32,000 nt of DNA from Psychrobacter sp. HD31. Lineage in GTDB: Bacteria > Pseudomonadota > Gammaproteobacteria > Pseudomonadales > Moraxellaceae. A program made the translations under genes and the position numbers. Where the stretch lies: positions 1,020,001 to 1,052,000 of the forward strand of contig NZ_CP142525.1 in assembly GCF_051097895.1 (NCBI RefSeq). Direction: 5' to 3'. The notes beneath the pieces were generated by a model, which saw nothing but the letters and a program-made list of their open reading frames with translations, had not been told where the DNA came from and searched no databases. This document shows positions 9,732 to 19,920 of this stretch, in pieces. Each line of letters opens with the position of its first letter. Position 1 is the stretch's first letter.

Positions 9732-10559
9732 TTACTTGGTATTTAGCTGTTTTGGCTCAGTGTTGCTATCTGCTGCTGGCTCTGTCACTTGCGTTTTGTT
9801 AGCAGGTTGTTCAATAACTTCTGCGACTTCAATTGGAGTAACATCCATACCTAATGTTTCCATTTTTAATGCCAAAATAGCACGGTATTCTGGTCTTTTG
9901 GCCAGTAAATCCCAAGCATTTTGATAAGTTTTTTTGGCAGCTTCTTCGTCATTTTCGGCAACATGGATATCACCCATTAACTCTTGTTTGCTGGCTTCAA
10001 ACATATTGGGTACTTCAGCATTTGCAATGCTTTTTGCCTCTTGTACTTTACCATCAGCCAATAATGCCTGCGCATAACGTAAAGAAGTCATGGCTTTTAA
10101 GCCTGCATCAATTGTTTTAACTTCTGTTGCTGCTTTTAGTGTTTCACTAGCACCCGCATAATCTTCATTATCCATTTGATGGCGAGCCTTCATAGTCAAT
10201 GCTTGCCAAGCATAAATTGTATCACCATGGTTGGTAACCAATGTATCAATACTCGTATTTAGCTGCGCTTCTGTTTTGCTAAGTAGGCTTTTTAATGCAT
10301 CATCTTGCACAGGGTTTTGCATGGCAATGTTGTATTGGTCATTTAAATTTTGAATTTGAGCAAACTCATCTGACGCAACCGTATCTACCGTTGTGCCTCT
10401 GCCCTGCCATAACTGCCAACCAAAATAGGCAGACAAAACCAATGCAATCACAGTCACAATATTGCCACCATGCTGTTTTAGTTTTTCTATTGATACATCT
10501 TTTTGCGCCTGTTTATCAGCTTCGGCTGACATTGGTGCCTGCTCTGTCGGTTTTTTCAT
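9732..10559 (-). CDS. yfgM: YfgM-like membrane-anchored TPR-like protein (UPF0070)
   Basis: Single N-terminal TM helix (IVTVIALVLSAYFGWQLW) followed by a helical-repeat periplasmic domain. Position between hisS and der matches the conserved yfgM slot. Confidence 0.7.
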   Translation of the reverse strand: MKKPTEQAPMSAEADKQAQKDVSIEKLKQHGGNIVTVIALVLSAYFGWQLWQGRGTTVDTVASDEFAQIQNLNDQYNIAMQNPVQDDALKSLLSKTEAQLNTSIDTLVTNHGDTIYAWQALTMKARHQMDNEDYAGASETLKAATEVKTIDAGLKAMTSLRYAQALLADGKVQEAKSIANAEVPNMFEASKQELMGDIHVAENDEEAAKKTYQNAWDLLAKRPEYRAILALKMETLGMDVTPIEVAEVIEQPANKTQVTEPAADSNTEPKQLNTK

Positions 10560-10614
10560 GAAATAACCTATCTATTCACTTTAACTTTAAAATCTTAAAA
10601 TACTTATTTTGCAA

Positions 10615-11871
10615 TTAATTTTGCTGTAAAAACATCTCACGTGCTTGCGTGGTTTGTTCACCAGTTTGCATGTTTTTCACACTCACCGTATTATTTTCAA
10701 CTTCATCTTGGGCAATAATCACCGTAAGCGCTGCCCCTGATTTATCCGCCTTCTTCATTTGTGACTTCATACCAGAGGCACTTGCCATACGCACGCGCAA
10801 ATCAGGGCGTTGTTGGCGCAATTCTTGAGCATATGCTAGCCCTTGAGCATACACATCTGGATGAGCAACCACAAACACATCACAAGCTGTTATTGCTGCA
10901 AATGGGTTTACCGCTTCAATCAATAACAGCAAACGTTCTAATCCCATTGCAAAGCCAATAGCAGGGTCAGACTTTTTGCCACCTTTTAGCTGCCCAATTA
11001 AACCATCATAACGTCCACCGGCACAAACCGTTGCTTGGCTACCAAGTTTATCTGTTACCCACTCAAATACCGTTCTATTGTAATAGTCCAAACCGCGCAC
11101 TAATTTTTGGTTGATTTCAAATTCAATACCCAAAGCGGTTAAGTAACTTTTTACTTGCTCAAAATGTGCTTTACTGTCATCACCCAAAAAGTCTGACAAC
11201 TGTGGTGCTTGCGTTAGCAACGCTTGCGTATTGGCATCTTTACTATCCAAAATACGCAGTGGGTTTGTGGTTAAACGGCGCTGGCTATCTTCATCAAGTT
11301 GGTCTTTTTTATCTGTTAAATAATCAACCAAAGCTTCACGATAGGCTTTTCGCTCATCTGCCTCACCCAAACTATTAATTTCTAACGTTAATTCATGGTC
11401 AATACCAAGCGCTTTCCATATTTGGTAGCTAATACCAATTAATTCTGCTTCCGCATCAGCAAGCGCATTACCAAACACCTCTACACCAAGCTGGTGAAAT
11501 TGACGATAGCGACCTTTTTGCGGGCGCTCATAGCGAAACATAGGACCCATATACCACAATTTAGGGCTATCTCCTCGTAGCATGTTGTGCTCAATAACCG
11601 CTCTTACTGCGCCTGCTGTCCCTTCTGGGCGTAAAGTTAAAGGCGTTGGTGGGTCAGACTTATCTGTAAAACTATACATCTCTTTTTCAACAATATCCGT
11701 TGCATCACCAATGGCACGGGCAAAAAGGTCTGTTTGCTCTACAATTGGCAAGCGGATTTGTTGATAGCCATGACGGTTTAAAACATCACCTAATATCGCT
11801 TCTAATTTTAACCAATTACCACTCTCCGCTGGTAAAATATCATTAAAACCTTTAATCGCTTTTATTGTCAT
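10615..11871 (-). CDS. hisS: Histidine--tRNA ligase
   Basis: Class II aaRS motifs ([32 protein letters not shown]) and a C-terminal anticodon-binding domain. Confidence 0.95.
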   Translation of the reverse strand: MTIKAIKGFNDILPAESGNWLKLEAILGDVLNRHGYQQIRLPIVEQTDLFARAIGDATDIVEKEMYSFTDKSDPPTPLTLRPEGTAGAVRAVIEHNMLRGDSPKLWYMGPMFRYERPQKGRYRQFHQLGVEVFGNALADAEAELIGISYQIWKALGIDHELTLEINSLGEADERKAYREALVDYLTDKKDQLDEDSQRRLTTNPLRILDSKDANTQALLTQAPQLSDFLGDDSKAHFEQVKSYLTALGIEFEINQKLVRGLDYYNRTVFEWVTDKLGSQATVCAGGRYDGLIGQLKGGKKSDPAIGFAMGLERLLLLIEAVNPFAAITACDVFVVAHPDVYAQGLAYAQELRQQRPDLRVRMASASGMKSQMKKADKSGAALTVIIAQDEVENNTVSVKNMQTGEQTTQAREMFLQQN

Positions 11872-11910
11872 ATCTATCTCTTATTATTTAAATGTATCAA
11901 AATTTATGTG

Positions 11911-13029
11911 TTATTGACCAACGCGCAAAATCTCATTTTCACGTTGTTTGGCTTGTTCTGCTGCTTGTTCACGAACCATTTTTTCAATCTCATCTACCAG
12001 CTGATTCGTATCAATTTTATGGCTTTTTTCGCCATGTCTATACACCAATGATCCTGGATTAGCACCAACAATACCAAGGTCAGATTCTTTTGCTTCGCCA
12101 GGTCCATTAACTTTACAACCAATCACCGACACATCCATTGGTTCACGAATATCTTCCAGGCGTGCTTCAAGTTTATTCATCACATCAATCACGTTAAATT
12201 CTTGACGTGAGCAACTTGGGCAGGCAATAAAGTTAACACCATTGGCACGAATGTTTAATGATTTTAAAATATCAAAACCAATCTTAATTTCTTCTTCTGG
12301 CTGCGCAGCCAAAGAGATACGCATCGTATCTCCTATACCATCTAGCAACAAACCGCCTAACGCAATAGCAGATTTGACCGTGCCTGTGCGATATACACCG
12401 GCTTCGGTAACCCCTAAATGCAATGGATTATCAATTTGAGCCGAAATTAAACGGTAAGCATCTAAGGTTAAAAACACATTACTGGCTTTAACTGAAATTT
12501 TGTATTGATCAAAATTAAGGTTTTCTAAAATATCAATATGACGCAAAGCAGACTCAAGCATCGCTTCGCCTGTTGGTTCACCATATTTTTTTTGCAAATC
12601 TTTTTCTAAAGAGCCCGCGTTAACCCCAATGCGGATTGGAATGCCATGATGCTTTGCACAGGCAACCACCTCGCGCACTTTTGCATCTTTACCAATATTA
12701 CCTGGGTTAATACGCAAACAATCTGCACCGGCTTCTGCCACCGCAATCGCAATTTTATAGTCAAAATGCACATCGGCAATTAAGGGTACGCTAGAACGTT
12801 TACGGATTTGAGAAAATGCCTCTACCGACGCCATGGTTGGCGTAGAGACTCGCATTAAATCAGCCCCAGCATCCACACATTTTTGGATTTGTTCAACCGT
12901 CGCATCCACATCACAAGTATCTGTATTTGTCATACTCTGCACGCTAATTGGTGCATCGCCACCAACAGCCACATTACCTACTTGAATCTTTTTTGTTTTG
13001 CGTCGTTTAATGGGAGATGGCGTTGACAT
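11911..13029 (-). CDS. ispG: 4-hydroxy-3-methylbut-2-enyl diphosphate synthase (flavodoxin) IspG/GcpE
   Basis: Full-length similarity to IspG ([20 protein letters not shown]..., [29 protein letters not shown] Fe-S ligand Cys). SD AGAGGG. Confidence 0.95.
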   Translation of the reverse strand: MSTPSPIKRRKTKKIQVGNVAVGGDAPISVQSMTNTDTCDVDATVEQIQKCVDAGADLMRVSTPTMASVEAFSQIRKRSSVPLIADVHFDYKIAIAVAEAGADCLRINPGNIGKDAKVREVVACAKHHGIPIRIGVNAGSLEKDLQKKYGEPTGEAMLESALRHIDILENLNFDQYKISVKASNVFLTLDAYRLISAQIDNPLHLGVTEAGVYRTGTVKSAIALGGLLLDGIGDTMRISLAAQPEEEIKIGFDILKSLNIRANGVNFIACPSCSRQEFNVIDVMNKLEARLEDIREPMDVSVIGCKVNGPGEAKESDLGIVGANPGSLVYRHGEKSHKIDTNQLVDEIEKMVREQAAEQAKQRENEILRVGQ

Positions 13030-13098
13030 AAAATGCCCTCTTAGAATTATCGTGTTATAGCCGTTTAAAAAATAGGATTGAGTCTCGCCTATTAATGG

Positions 13099-14004
13099 CT
13101 ATTTAAGCTCAAAATTTGCCTTGTTATCTTTGCTATACTGCGCAAGTTTAATTGGTTGTTTATTTAAATTAATTTTCACATTTTCTACATTTTCAATATT
13201 AACTTTAAATGGCGCAGTCCCTTTAACCGTATAACCACCACGAGAATGGATACCTGACATAATTTGTTTGCCATTGGCATCAACAACATTGACGTTTGTA
13301 TTTGCCCTTATCCAAAACTCAATCGAATCATTGCCTTCGGCACTTTGTAAAACAGATTCAGTAGAAAGCTGAGTGCTATTATTAGTGGTAGCTTGATTAC
13401 TGGTAACTTGGTTGTCGGTATTACTATCAACGCCCAAATTTAGCGCAGAACCTGATGAACCGATGGCTGCCGTATTCTGTGTTACAGAAGCACCTTGCTG
13501 TTGTTCTTGCTCAGAAATAGTTTCTTCTGTTTGCGTTGGTATGCTGTTAACTTCGGTTTCTGCTTTATTGACTGTCCTAAATAAAAACATTGCCAATGCC
13601 AATACAGCCAAAGTGGCTATTAATAATAACGGGTTTATTTTGATACGGCGGCTATTCTCATCACGTTGTAAGGTGCCCATTGGTCTTAAAGGTGCTTCAA
13701 TATCTTCAAGTCTGGTTGGTTTTAATTCTTCTGGATAGGCTTCATCAAATTTGTTAACAATTTGCTGATAATCTAGTTTTAAAAATTTGGCATAGTTAGC
13801 AACAAACCCACGTGAAAATGCGTTTTCAGGTAAGCCCTCAAAGTTTTCATTTTCGATTGCTTGCAATTGACGTGTTTTAATAAACAATGCCTCAGAAACC
13901 TGATCTAGAGTCAAGCCTTTACTTTCGCGTGTATCACGTAAAATTTTACCAAATGAACCATTTAAAATGGTTTCGCCAGCTTTGTTGTTAGTCGTTTCCA
14001 TCAT
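13099..14004 (-). CDS. rodZ: Cytoskeleton protein RodZ (HTH + TM + periplasmic domain)
   Basis: N-terminal XRE-type HTH (FGKILRDTRESKGLTLDQVSEAL), TM helix LLLIATLAVLALAMFLF, low-complexity linker and a C-terminal beta domain. Conserved position between pilW and ispG. Confidence 0.8.
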   Translation of the reverse strand: MMETTNNKAGETILNGSFGKILRDTRESKGLTLDQVSEALFIKTRQLQAIENENFEGLPENAFSRGFVANYAKFLKLDYQQIVNKFDEAYPEELKPTRLEDIEAPLRPMGTLQRDENSRRIKINPLLLIATLAVLALAMFLFRTVNKAETEVNSIPTQTEETISEQEQQQGASVTQNTAAIGSSGSALNLGVDSNTDNQVTSNQATTNNSTQLSTESVLQSAEGNDSIEFWIRANTNVNVVDANGKQIMSGIHSRGGYTVKGTAPFKVNIENVENVKINLNKQPIKLAQYSKDNKANFELK

Positions 14005-14106
14005 AATTTTTAATGCCTCTAAATCATCAAAATTTTAAAACTAAAAAACTTTTGCCTACTATATAAACTATTTATTATCTTTTTAAAGTTATGCAAGCTA
14101 CTTAGT

Positions 14107-14829
14107 TCACTTAAATTGCCTATCTTCTAATTTTGCCTCTTGCGATACTACCCTTGCTGGCAATGGCTGATTGCCAAACAAATTTAGCATATTTTGCAAT
14201 AAGTTTTGCGCTTGTACATCGCGTTCTTGCTCAATCAATAAATCTACCAATTCAATATGAGCAACCAAACTATTGGGGTTATTTTCTAAAACCTTAAAAA
14301 ACGTTTGTATTGCCTGGTCTTTTTTATCAAGCTTGATATAAGTACGACCCAAATTTTCTAATGCATCAATACGTCCACGATAACCCAGTGTTGACCCTGC
14401 AATTTTAAATTCAGCTAACGCCTCTTGATAACGCCCAACCTGAAACAGGTAAACGCCATAATTATTGTGCGTTTGTGCCCTATCGGCTAATTTGATGGCT
14501 TTTTTAAAGTAGCCATCTGCTTTTTGCAAATTTGGCGTACTACCCTCTTGTTGCAATAACACACCCATCATATCATATGCTTGGGCATATTGGTCATCAG
14601 CAATTAACGCCAATTCCAATTGCCTCATGGCCGCATCAAGCTGACCTGTTTTAATGTATTGCCCAGCTAACCTAGTGCGTATTTTTGCCACATCAGTTGC
14701 ATTATTAACCGATTTTGAAAGCGCATAAGCATTTTTTAACGAGTTAACTGATGTTGTTTGACAGCCACTCACCACAAACGTTGATGCAATTAACGATAGA
14801 ACCAATGGTAATTTTATCAACTTTTTCAT
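14107..14829 (-). CDS. pilW: Type IV pilus biogenesis/stability TPR lipoprotein PilW (PilF)
   Basis: Lipobox VVSGC. TPR repeats throughout. Conserved position between rlmN and rodZ, as in Pseudomonas. SD AAGGA. Confidence 0.75.
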   Translation of the reverse strand: MKKLIKLPLVLSLIASTFVVSGCQTTSVNSLKNAYALSKSVNNATDVAKIRTRLAGQYIKTGQLDAAMRQLELALIADDQYAQAYDMMGVLLQQEGSTPNLQKADGYFKKAIKLADRAQTHNNYGVYLFQVGRYQEALAEFKIAGSTLGYRGRIDALENLGRTYIKLDKKDQAIQTFFKVLENNPNSLVAHIELVDLLIEQERDVQAQNLLQNMLNLFGNQPLPARVVSQEAKLEDRQFK

Positions 14830-14903
14830 GGTTCATCCTTGTTTATTAGCTTAACTTGTTGATTCGTTTAACTCGCCATTCAACTAAATATTTTGCTTAA
14901 CTT

Positions 14904-16091
14904 TTACAAATTCTCGGTTTGGCGTTTAACAACCGCTTCTTGCCATTTTTTAGAACGCCGCGTTCTATCCGCCACTTGCCCAACTAATTGCCCACATGCG
15001 GCATCAATATCATCCCCCCTGGTTTGACGTATTGTGCACACAAACCCAGCTTGATTTAAAATATTACTAAAAGCATGAATACGATTGTTACTAGAACGAC
15101 CATAAGGTGCATGTGGAAATGGATTAAACGGAATCAAATTAATTTTACTTGGTAGCCCTGTTAATAGGTTTACCAGCTGCTTGGCATGTTCATCACTATC
15201 ATTAACCCCTGCAAGCATGACATATTCAATGGTTACATGCTTTTTATGGCGTGGATTCTCGTCATAAATATAGGCTTTTGCCGCCGCCATCAATTGATCG
15301 AGCGGATATTTTTTATTAATCGGTACAAGCTCATTCCGCAATTCATCATTTGGCGCATGTAATGAAATCGCCAAAGCCACATCAATATCTTTTGCTAAAT
15401 CATACATTTTTGGCACAACACCAGAAGTAGATAGCGTCACACGGCGTTTGCTCATCCCAAAGGCATGATCATCCAGCATAAGCGACATACTTGATACCAC
15501 TGGTTTGTAGTTTAATAAAGGCTCACCCATGCCCATCATAACCACATTGGTTACTCTGTTTTCACGTTCAGTCGCTGGCACACTTTCCATGTATGATTGG
15601 TTAGCAACCCACAGCTGACCAATGATTTCTGCGGCAGTTAAATCTCGCTCAAACCCTTGTTTGCCTGTACTACAAAAACTACAATCTAACGCACAACCAA
15701 CCTGTGATGAGATACATAGAGTTTTTCGTCCATGTTGCTTACCATCTTCAGCAGGGATCAGCACGGTTTCGACTAAAGAGCCCCCCGCCACTTCAAAAAC
15801 CCATTTACGAGTACCATCTTCACTAAACTGTTTAAACTTAACAGCAGGTGGCATAACCGTTGCAATGTCGGTTAACTTAGACTGCAATTTTTTAGATAAA
15901 TTAGTCATCTGACTAAAATCAGTTACGCCATACTGGTAAATCCATTTCATGACCTGTGTTGCACGAAACTTTTTTTCACCAAATGATTCAAAAAAATCAC
16001 CCAACTCAGTTTTTGACATACCAAGTAGGTTGGTTTTTTTTGCCGCTTTATTATCATTGGCGGTTAAGTCGATACTTTGGATTTTGCTCAT
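14904..16091 (-). CDS. rlmN: Dual-specificity 23S rRNA/tRNA A2503/A37 C2-methyltransferase RlmN (radical SAM)
   Basis: [12 protein letters not shown]-domain, radical-SAM cluster motif [11 protein letters not shown], and C-terminal catalytic Cys region DIDAACGQL. Confidence 0.95.
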   Translation of the reverse strand: MSKIQSIDLTANDNKAAKKTNLLGMSKTELGDFFESFGEKKFRATQVMKWIYQYGVTDFSQMTNLSKKLQSKLTDIATVMPPAVKFKQFSEDGTRKWVFEVAGGSLVETVLIPAEDGKQHGRKTLCISSQVGCALDCSFCSTGKQGFERDLTAAEIIGQLWVANQSYMESVPATERENRVTNVVMMGMGEPLLNYKPVVSSMSLMLDDHAFGMSKRRVTLSTSGVVPKMYDLAKDIDVALAISLHAPNDELRNELVPINKKYPLDQLMAAAKAYIYDENPRHKKHVTIEYVMLAGVNDSDEHAKQLVNLLTGLPSKINLIPFNPFPHAPYGRSSNNRIHAFSNILNQAGFVCTIRQTRGDDIDAACGQLVGQVADRTRRSKKWQEAVVKRQTENL

Positions 16092-16237
16092 AGTTATGCT
16101 GCTGATTAATTGGCTATTTTACTCAAATTGGCTAAATGAATTAGCATAAGCTAATATAAACCCACCATTATAATAAAACTAAGCCTTAAAGTCATGGGAA
16201 ATACACACAATAGATACTTTTTGCTAGTAAAGTGTCA

Positions 16238-16271
16238 CAAAAAAAGGCAAGCGTTCTGCTTACCTTTTTTT
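16238..16271 (-). terminator. Intrinsic terminator downstream of glyS
   Basis: On the - strand: AAAAAAAGGTAAGC-AGAA-GCTTGCCTTTTTTT, a 10-bp stem with one G.U pair followed by a U-run, 53 nt after the glyS stop. Confidence 0.65.
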
Positions 16272-16323
16272 ATGGCGTCCGTTTTACAACTCTCAATTCA
16301 ATTTATATCAATAAAAATCAGTA

Positions 16324-18402
16324 CTAACCTTGTAGCTCACCAATATCAGCAACCAATAAAAACAACTCACGTACTTGTTTAAGCAAAGCAAGACGATTGT
16401 TTTTTAATGCCGCATCATCGGCATTAACCATGACCTTATCAAAAAAGTCAGTCAATGGGGCGTCTAAACTAACCAAAGTTTGCATAATTTTTTGATAGTT
16501 AGACTCAGCTTGCAATGGCGCAACCTCTTTTTGTGATTTACTAACCACATCATATAAAGATTTTTCTGAAGCTTCCGTCAGTAAATCTGCACTGACTGTA
16601 TCCGCAACCGCTACTTCTGCTTTGGCTAAGATGTTTGCCACACGTTTATTGTTTTCGGCAAGTTTACTGGCTTGTGGTAGTTCACGGAATGCTTGCACCG
16701 CATGGATACGTTGATCAAAATCTAATGGCTGCTGAGTACTGATTGCCTGTACTGCTTGGATGGTATCAACACTAATACCTTGCTCGGTATACATCGCACG
16801 GTAACGAGAGTTTACAAAGCCCATCACTTGTGTTTTGGTATTACCTTCAGTCAGTTTACTACCATAATTAACAATTGCCTGCTCTACCAAGTCATCTAAG
16901 CTAATAGGTAATTGTTTTTCTATCAAGATGCGTAAAATACCAATTGCAGAACGGCGAAGACTAAATGGATCTTTTGACCCTGTTGGCGCTTGACCAATAC
17001 CAAAAATACCAACCAAAGTATCAATGCGGTCAGCTAATGCCAAACAAATACCAACGGGGGTTTTTGGCAGTTTATCACCACTAAATTTTGGCAAATATTG
17101 CTCCTCAATGGCGGCGGCAACGGTTTCTGGCTCACCATTTAGGCGCGCATAATAAGTACCCGCAATGCCTTGCAACTCTGTAAATTCATATACCAAATTA
17201 CTTGTCAGGTCAGCTTTTGCTAAGTGTGCTGCTCGTACAGCATCTGCTTCGGTAACCGCTTGACCATTGTTAGTAAGTAACTGAGCAACATATGTCGCTA
17301 ATTTAGCCATACGTTCTGACTTATCCCAAATAGTGCCTAATTGGTCTTGGAATACTTGCGTCTTTAAATTTTCGGTTAAATCAATCAAAGGCTGTTTTTG
17401 ATCTTGTAAAAAGAAGAACTCAGCATCTGACAAACGTGGGCGAACGACTTTTTCATTACCTTCGATTACTTGCGCTGGGTCTTTTGACTCAATATTGCTA
17501 ATAAACACAAAATACGGTAATAGTTTTCCGGTTTCATCGGTTAAGCAAAAATATTTTTGGTCTGCTTGCATGGTTTTAATAAGTGCTTCTTGCGGCACTT
17601 GTAAAAAACGCTCTTCAAAACTTGCTCGCAATGCGACTGGCAAATCAACCAAGGCAGTTACTTCGTCAAGTAACTCTTGCGGCACAATTGCCACAGCATT
17701 GACTTCGTTAGACAGTTTTTCTACTTGTTCAACAATTTGCTTTTGACGTTTGTCAAAGTCTGCCACTACTTTTAAACCATCTAACACGCTTTCATAGTCG
17801 CTTGCACTAGCCAGCTCTACAAAATCTGGCGCATGGAATCGATGCCCACGAGTTTGCTTGCCTGTTTGATAGCCCTGAATATTAGCATCGATGACCTTGT
17901 CATCTTGCATCAACACCACCCACTGAACTGGGCGGACAAACTCGTTACGGCTATCACCAGAGCGCATGCGTTTTGCAATCGGCAAATCATCTAATGCTTT
18001 TTGAAAAACTGCTGGCAGTAAATCAGCAACTTTTTGACCTTGTATTGTTTGCTCATAACCAATGTAATCACCTTTATCTGTGTTGATGGTCATCAGCTCG
18101 GTTACATCAATGCCCAAGCCCATTGCAAACCCAGTTGCCGCTTTTGTTGGATTACCATCTGCATCGTACGCCGCTCTAACCGCAGGACCACGTTTGGTTT
18201 CTACTCTATCTGGCTGTTTATCAGCAATTCCGTCAATTTGAATTGCCAAGCGACGTGGCGCTGCAAAAGCCTTTAACGTATCATAACTAATGTTATTGGT
18301 GGCTAATTGCTCTGTGACACTTGTTGATAAGGCATCACGTAATTTTTTTAAATTTTTTGGTGGCAACTCTTCACTGCCAAGTTCAAACAAAATCGTTGTC
18401 AT
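16324..18402 (-). CDS. glyS: Glycine--tRNA ligase beta subunit
   Basis: Full-length (692 aa) similarity to GlyS (MTTILFELGSEELPPK..., FAAPRRLA, QWVVLM, DPFSLRR). No glyQ upstream. Confidence 0.95.
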   Translation of the reverse strand: MTTILFELGSEELPPKNLKKLRDALSTSVTEQLATNNISYDTLKAFAAPRRLAIQIDGIADKQPDRVETKRGPAVRAAYDADGNPTKAATGFAMGLGIDVTELMTINTDKGDYIGYEQTIQGQKVADLLPAVFQKALDDLPIAKRMRSGDSRNEFVRPVQWVVLMQDDKVIDANIQGYQTGKQTRGHRFHAPDFVELASASDYESVLDGLKVVADFDKRQKQIVEQVEKLSNEVNAVAIVPQELLDEVTALVDLPVALRASFEERFLQVPQEALIKTMQADQKYFCLTDETGKLLPYFVFISNIESKDPAQVIEGNEKVVRPRLSDAEFFFLQDQKQPLIDLTENLKTQVFQDQLGTIWDKSERMAKLATYVAQLLTNNGQAVTEADAVRAAHLAKADLTSNLVYEFTELQGIAGTYYARLNGEPETVAAAIEEQYLPKFSGDKLPKTPVGICLALADRIDTLVGIFGIGQAPTGSKDPFSLRRSAIGILRILIEKQLPISLDDLVEQAIVNYGSKLTEGNTKTQVMGFVNSRYRAMYTEQGISVDTIQAVQAISTQQPLDFDQRIHAVQAFRELPQASKLAENNKRVANILAKAEVAVADTVSADLLTEASEKSLYDVVSKSQKEVAPLQAESNYQKIMQTLVSLDAPLTDFFDKVMVNADDAALKNNRLALLKQVRELFLLVADIGELQG

Positions 18403-18659
18403 GTTGTTTTCTCAAGATATAAAGACAATATTAAAATCATTTTCAAGCGATTATAACAAAATCGAAGCCTTGTATGTTGTTAAAGTAATGATGAGATATG
18501 CTCGCAAACTTTAAGCAAAAAGACATGATAATATATTGATTAAATAAGTACCATTAAATATCAGCGCAAATATCAACGCTTTGGGATATCTAAACTTTGA
18601 ACATTTCAATACAACATCTAGCTATGATATTTAATGTGTGACATCTAAAAGGATAATAA

Positions 18660-19619
18660 ATGATATATGACATTATTGGCGATATCCATGGTCAGGCAAA
18701 CAAACTGGTCGGACTATTAACACAATTGGGTTATACGCTAACCAGCAACCAACATGGTACCTATTACGCACCGCCAAAAAACCATAGAGCAATTTTTATT
18801 GGTGACTTAATTGATCGAGGCGAACAAGAGGTCAAAACACTAGAAATTGTTTTTGCCATGCTTGATGCTGGTGTTGCCGATGCGGTTATGGGCAATCACG
18901 AATACAACGCCTTAGCATTTGCCACGTTAAACAAAACAAAAAACGATGGCAGCTATTTACGCTCACACTCTGCTGTACACCAGAATCAACATAAAGAATT
19001 TTTGGCAGAAGTCCCTTTTGGTTCTGCAAAACATGAATACTGGCTAAAGCGTTTTTACGAGTTACCGCTATGGATAGAAACAGAACACGCTTGCTTTATA
19101 CATGCCTGCTGGGATGTGGATAACATGGCAGTATTACAGTCATGTTTATCCCATGACAATAAGCTTACCGAAACTGGGCTACAAAAAACGGGACAAAAAC
19201 ACAGTAAAGAATACAATGCCCTTGAACGGTTATTAAAAGGTGTAGAAACACCCTTACCTGCTGGTCTTTATATGCTTGATAAGGATGGAGCAAAACGCCG
19301 TAATGTACGTGTTAAGTGGTGGCTAGATGAAATAAACAATCAACCAATACATCATATAGCAAGGGCAGCGGATTCTAGCTTGGCACAAATCCCAAAAGAT
19401 GCCATCACCAGCCCAATTGATTTTATTTTTAAAACCGATAAACCCGTTTTTATTGGGCATTATTGGATGAATGGCATCCCTGAACCATTGAGCAAGCAGG
19501 TGGTTTGTGTTGATTATTCTGCAGCAATAGACACCGGTTTTTTAACTTGCTATCAGTTTGATACTGCAAAACCTTTACCGTTAAGTAAAAATAACTTTGT
19601 GCAGTTTGTTCATTATTAG
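18660..19619 (+). CDS. PPP-family metallophosphoesterase (PrpE/ApaH-like Ser/Thr phosphatase or Ap4A hydrolase), 319 aa
   Basis: Canonical PPP motifs GDIHG, GDLIDRG and GNHE in the N-terminal ~150 aa. The ~100-aa C-terminal extension has no recognisable motif. SD AAGGA. Confidence 0.8.
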   Translation: MIYDIIGDIHGQANKLVGLLTQLGYTLTSNQHGTYYAPPKNHRAIFIGDLIDRGEQEVKTLEIVFAMLDAGVADAVMGNHEYNALAFATLNKTKNDGSYLRSHSAVHQNQHKEFLAEVPFGSAKHEYWLKRFYELPLWIETEHACFIHACWDVDNMAVLQSCLSHDNKLTETGLQKTGQKHSKEYNALERLLKGVETPLPAGLYMLDKDGAKRRNVRVKWWLDEINNQPIHHIARAADSSLAQIPKDAITSPIDFIFKTDKPVFIGHYWMNGIPEPLSKQVVCVDYSAAIDTGFLTCYQFDTAKPLPLSKNNFVQFVHY

Positions 19620-19782
19620 TTTTTTCAAATTAGCACTCTTTTAAACTTAAATTTTAGTTTAGGGTGAGTTACTCAGACGCTAATAAAAACTTTTGGTTTA
19701 ACTCAAATGAGGGTCACACTTTAACAAACTAACAGAAAAAAACACTTTTTTTCATTGACGGTGTTAACAAAATTTATCTACC

Positions 19783-19817
19783 AACACACAATCCAATAAT
19801 AAAATTGTGTGTTTTTT
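19783..19817 (+). terminator. Intrinsic terminator, 164 nt downstream of the phosphatase stop and upstream of the autotransporter promoter region
   Basis: AACACACAAT-(11-nt loop)-ATTGTGTGTT, a perfect 10-bp stem, followed by TTTT. Confidence 0.55.
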
Positions 19818-19838
19818 GTATCTATTCCCCTCCTCTTA

Positions 19839-19868
19839 TTGCTATTTTTTAGTTTTGTTTTATACAAT
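19839..19868 (+). promoter_or_regulatory. Candidate sigma70 promoter of the autotransporter gene
   Basis: TTGCTA, 18-bp spacer, TACAAT, about 50 bp upstream of the ATG at 19921. Pattern match only. Confidence 0.3.
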
Positions 19869-19920
19869 CATTCTCATCTTACAAATTAAACAGTTAGTTT
19901 GTTAACCAATGGGAGTTTTT

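Noticed and set aside
1354-16041. Homopolymeric A8/T8 tracts inside lptD (1354-1361) and near the 5' end of rlmN (16034-16041) as possible phase-variation switches.
   Set aside because: They encode Lys-Lys in housekeeping or essential genes, are short for efficient slippage, and nothing else suggests on/off switching.
16108-16134. A 9-bp direct repeat AATTGGCTA (16108-16116 and 16126-16134) plus small GCTAA/TTAGC palindromes just upstream of rlmN.
   Set aside because: A 9-mer recurring within a ~230-bp AT-rich spacer is near chance expectation, and I see no clear relation to promoter geometry.
18660-19619. The idea that the phosphatase is ApaH displaced from the usual surA-pdxA-rsmA-apaG-apaH operon.
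   Set aside because: Only the generic PPP motifs are shared. It has GNHE rather than the ApaH-type GNHD context and a different C-terminal region, so orthology cannot be asserted by eye.
19909-19920. The ORF-track start (ATG at 19909, MGVFMNH...) for the autotransporter.
   Set aside because: This ATG overlaps the GGGAG Shine-Dalgarno sequence that is correctly spaced for the ATG at 19921. ESPR leaders begin MN(K/H)(I/V)Y, so 19921 is preferred.
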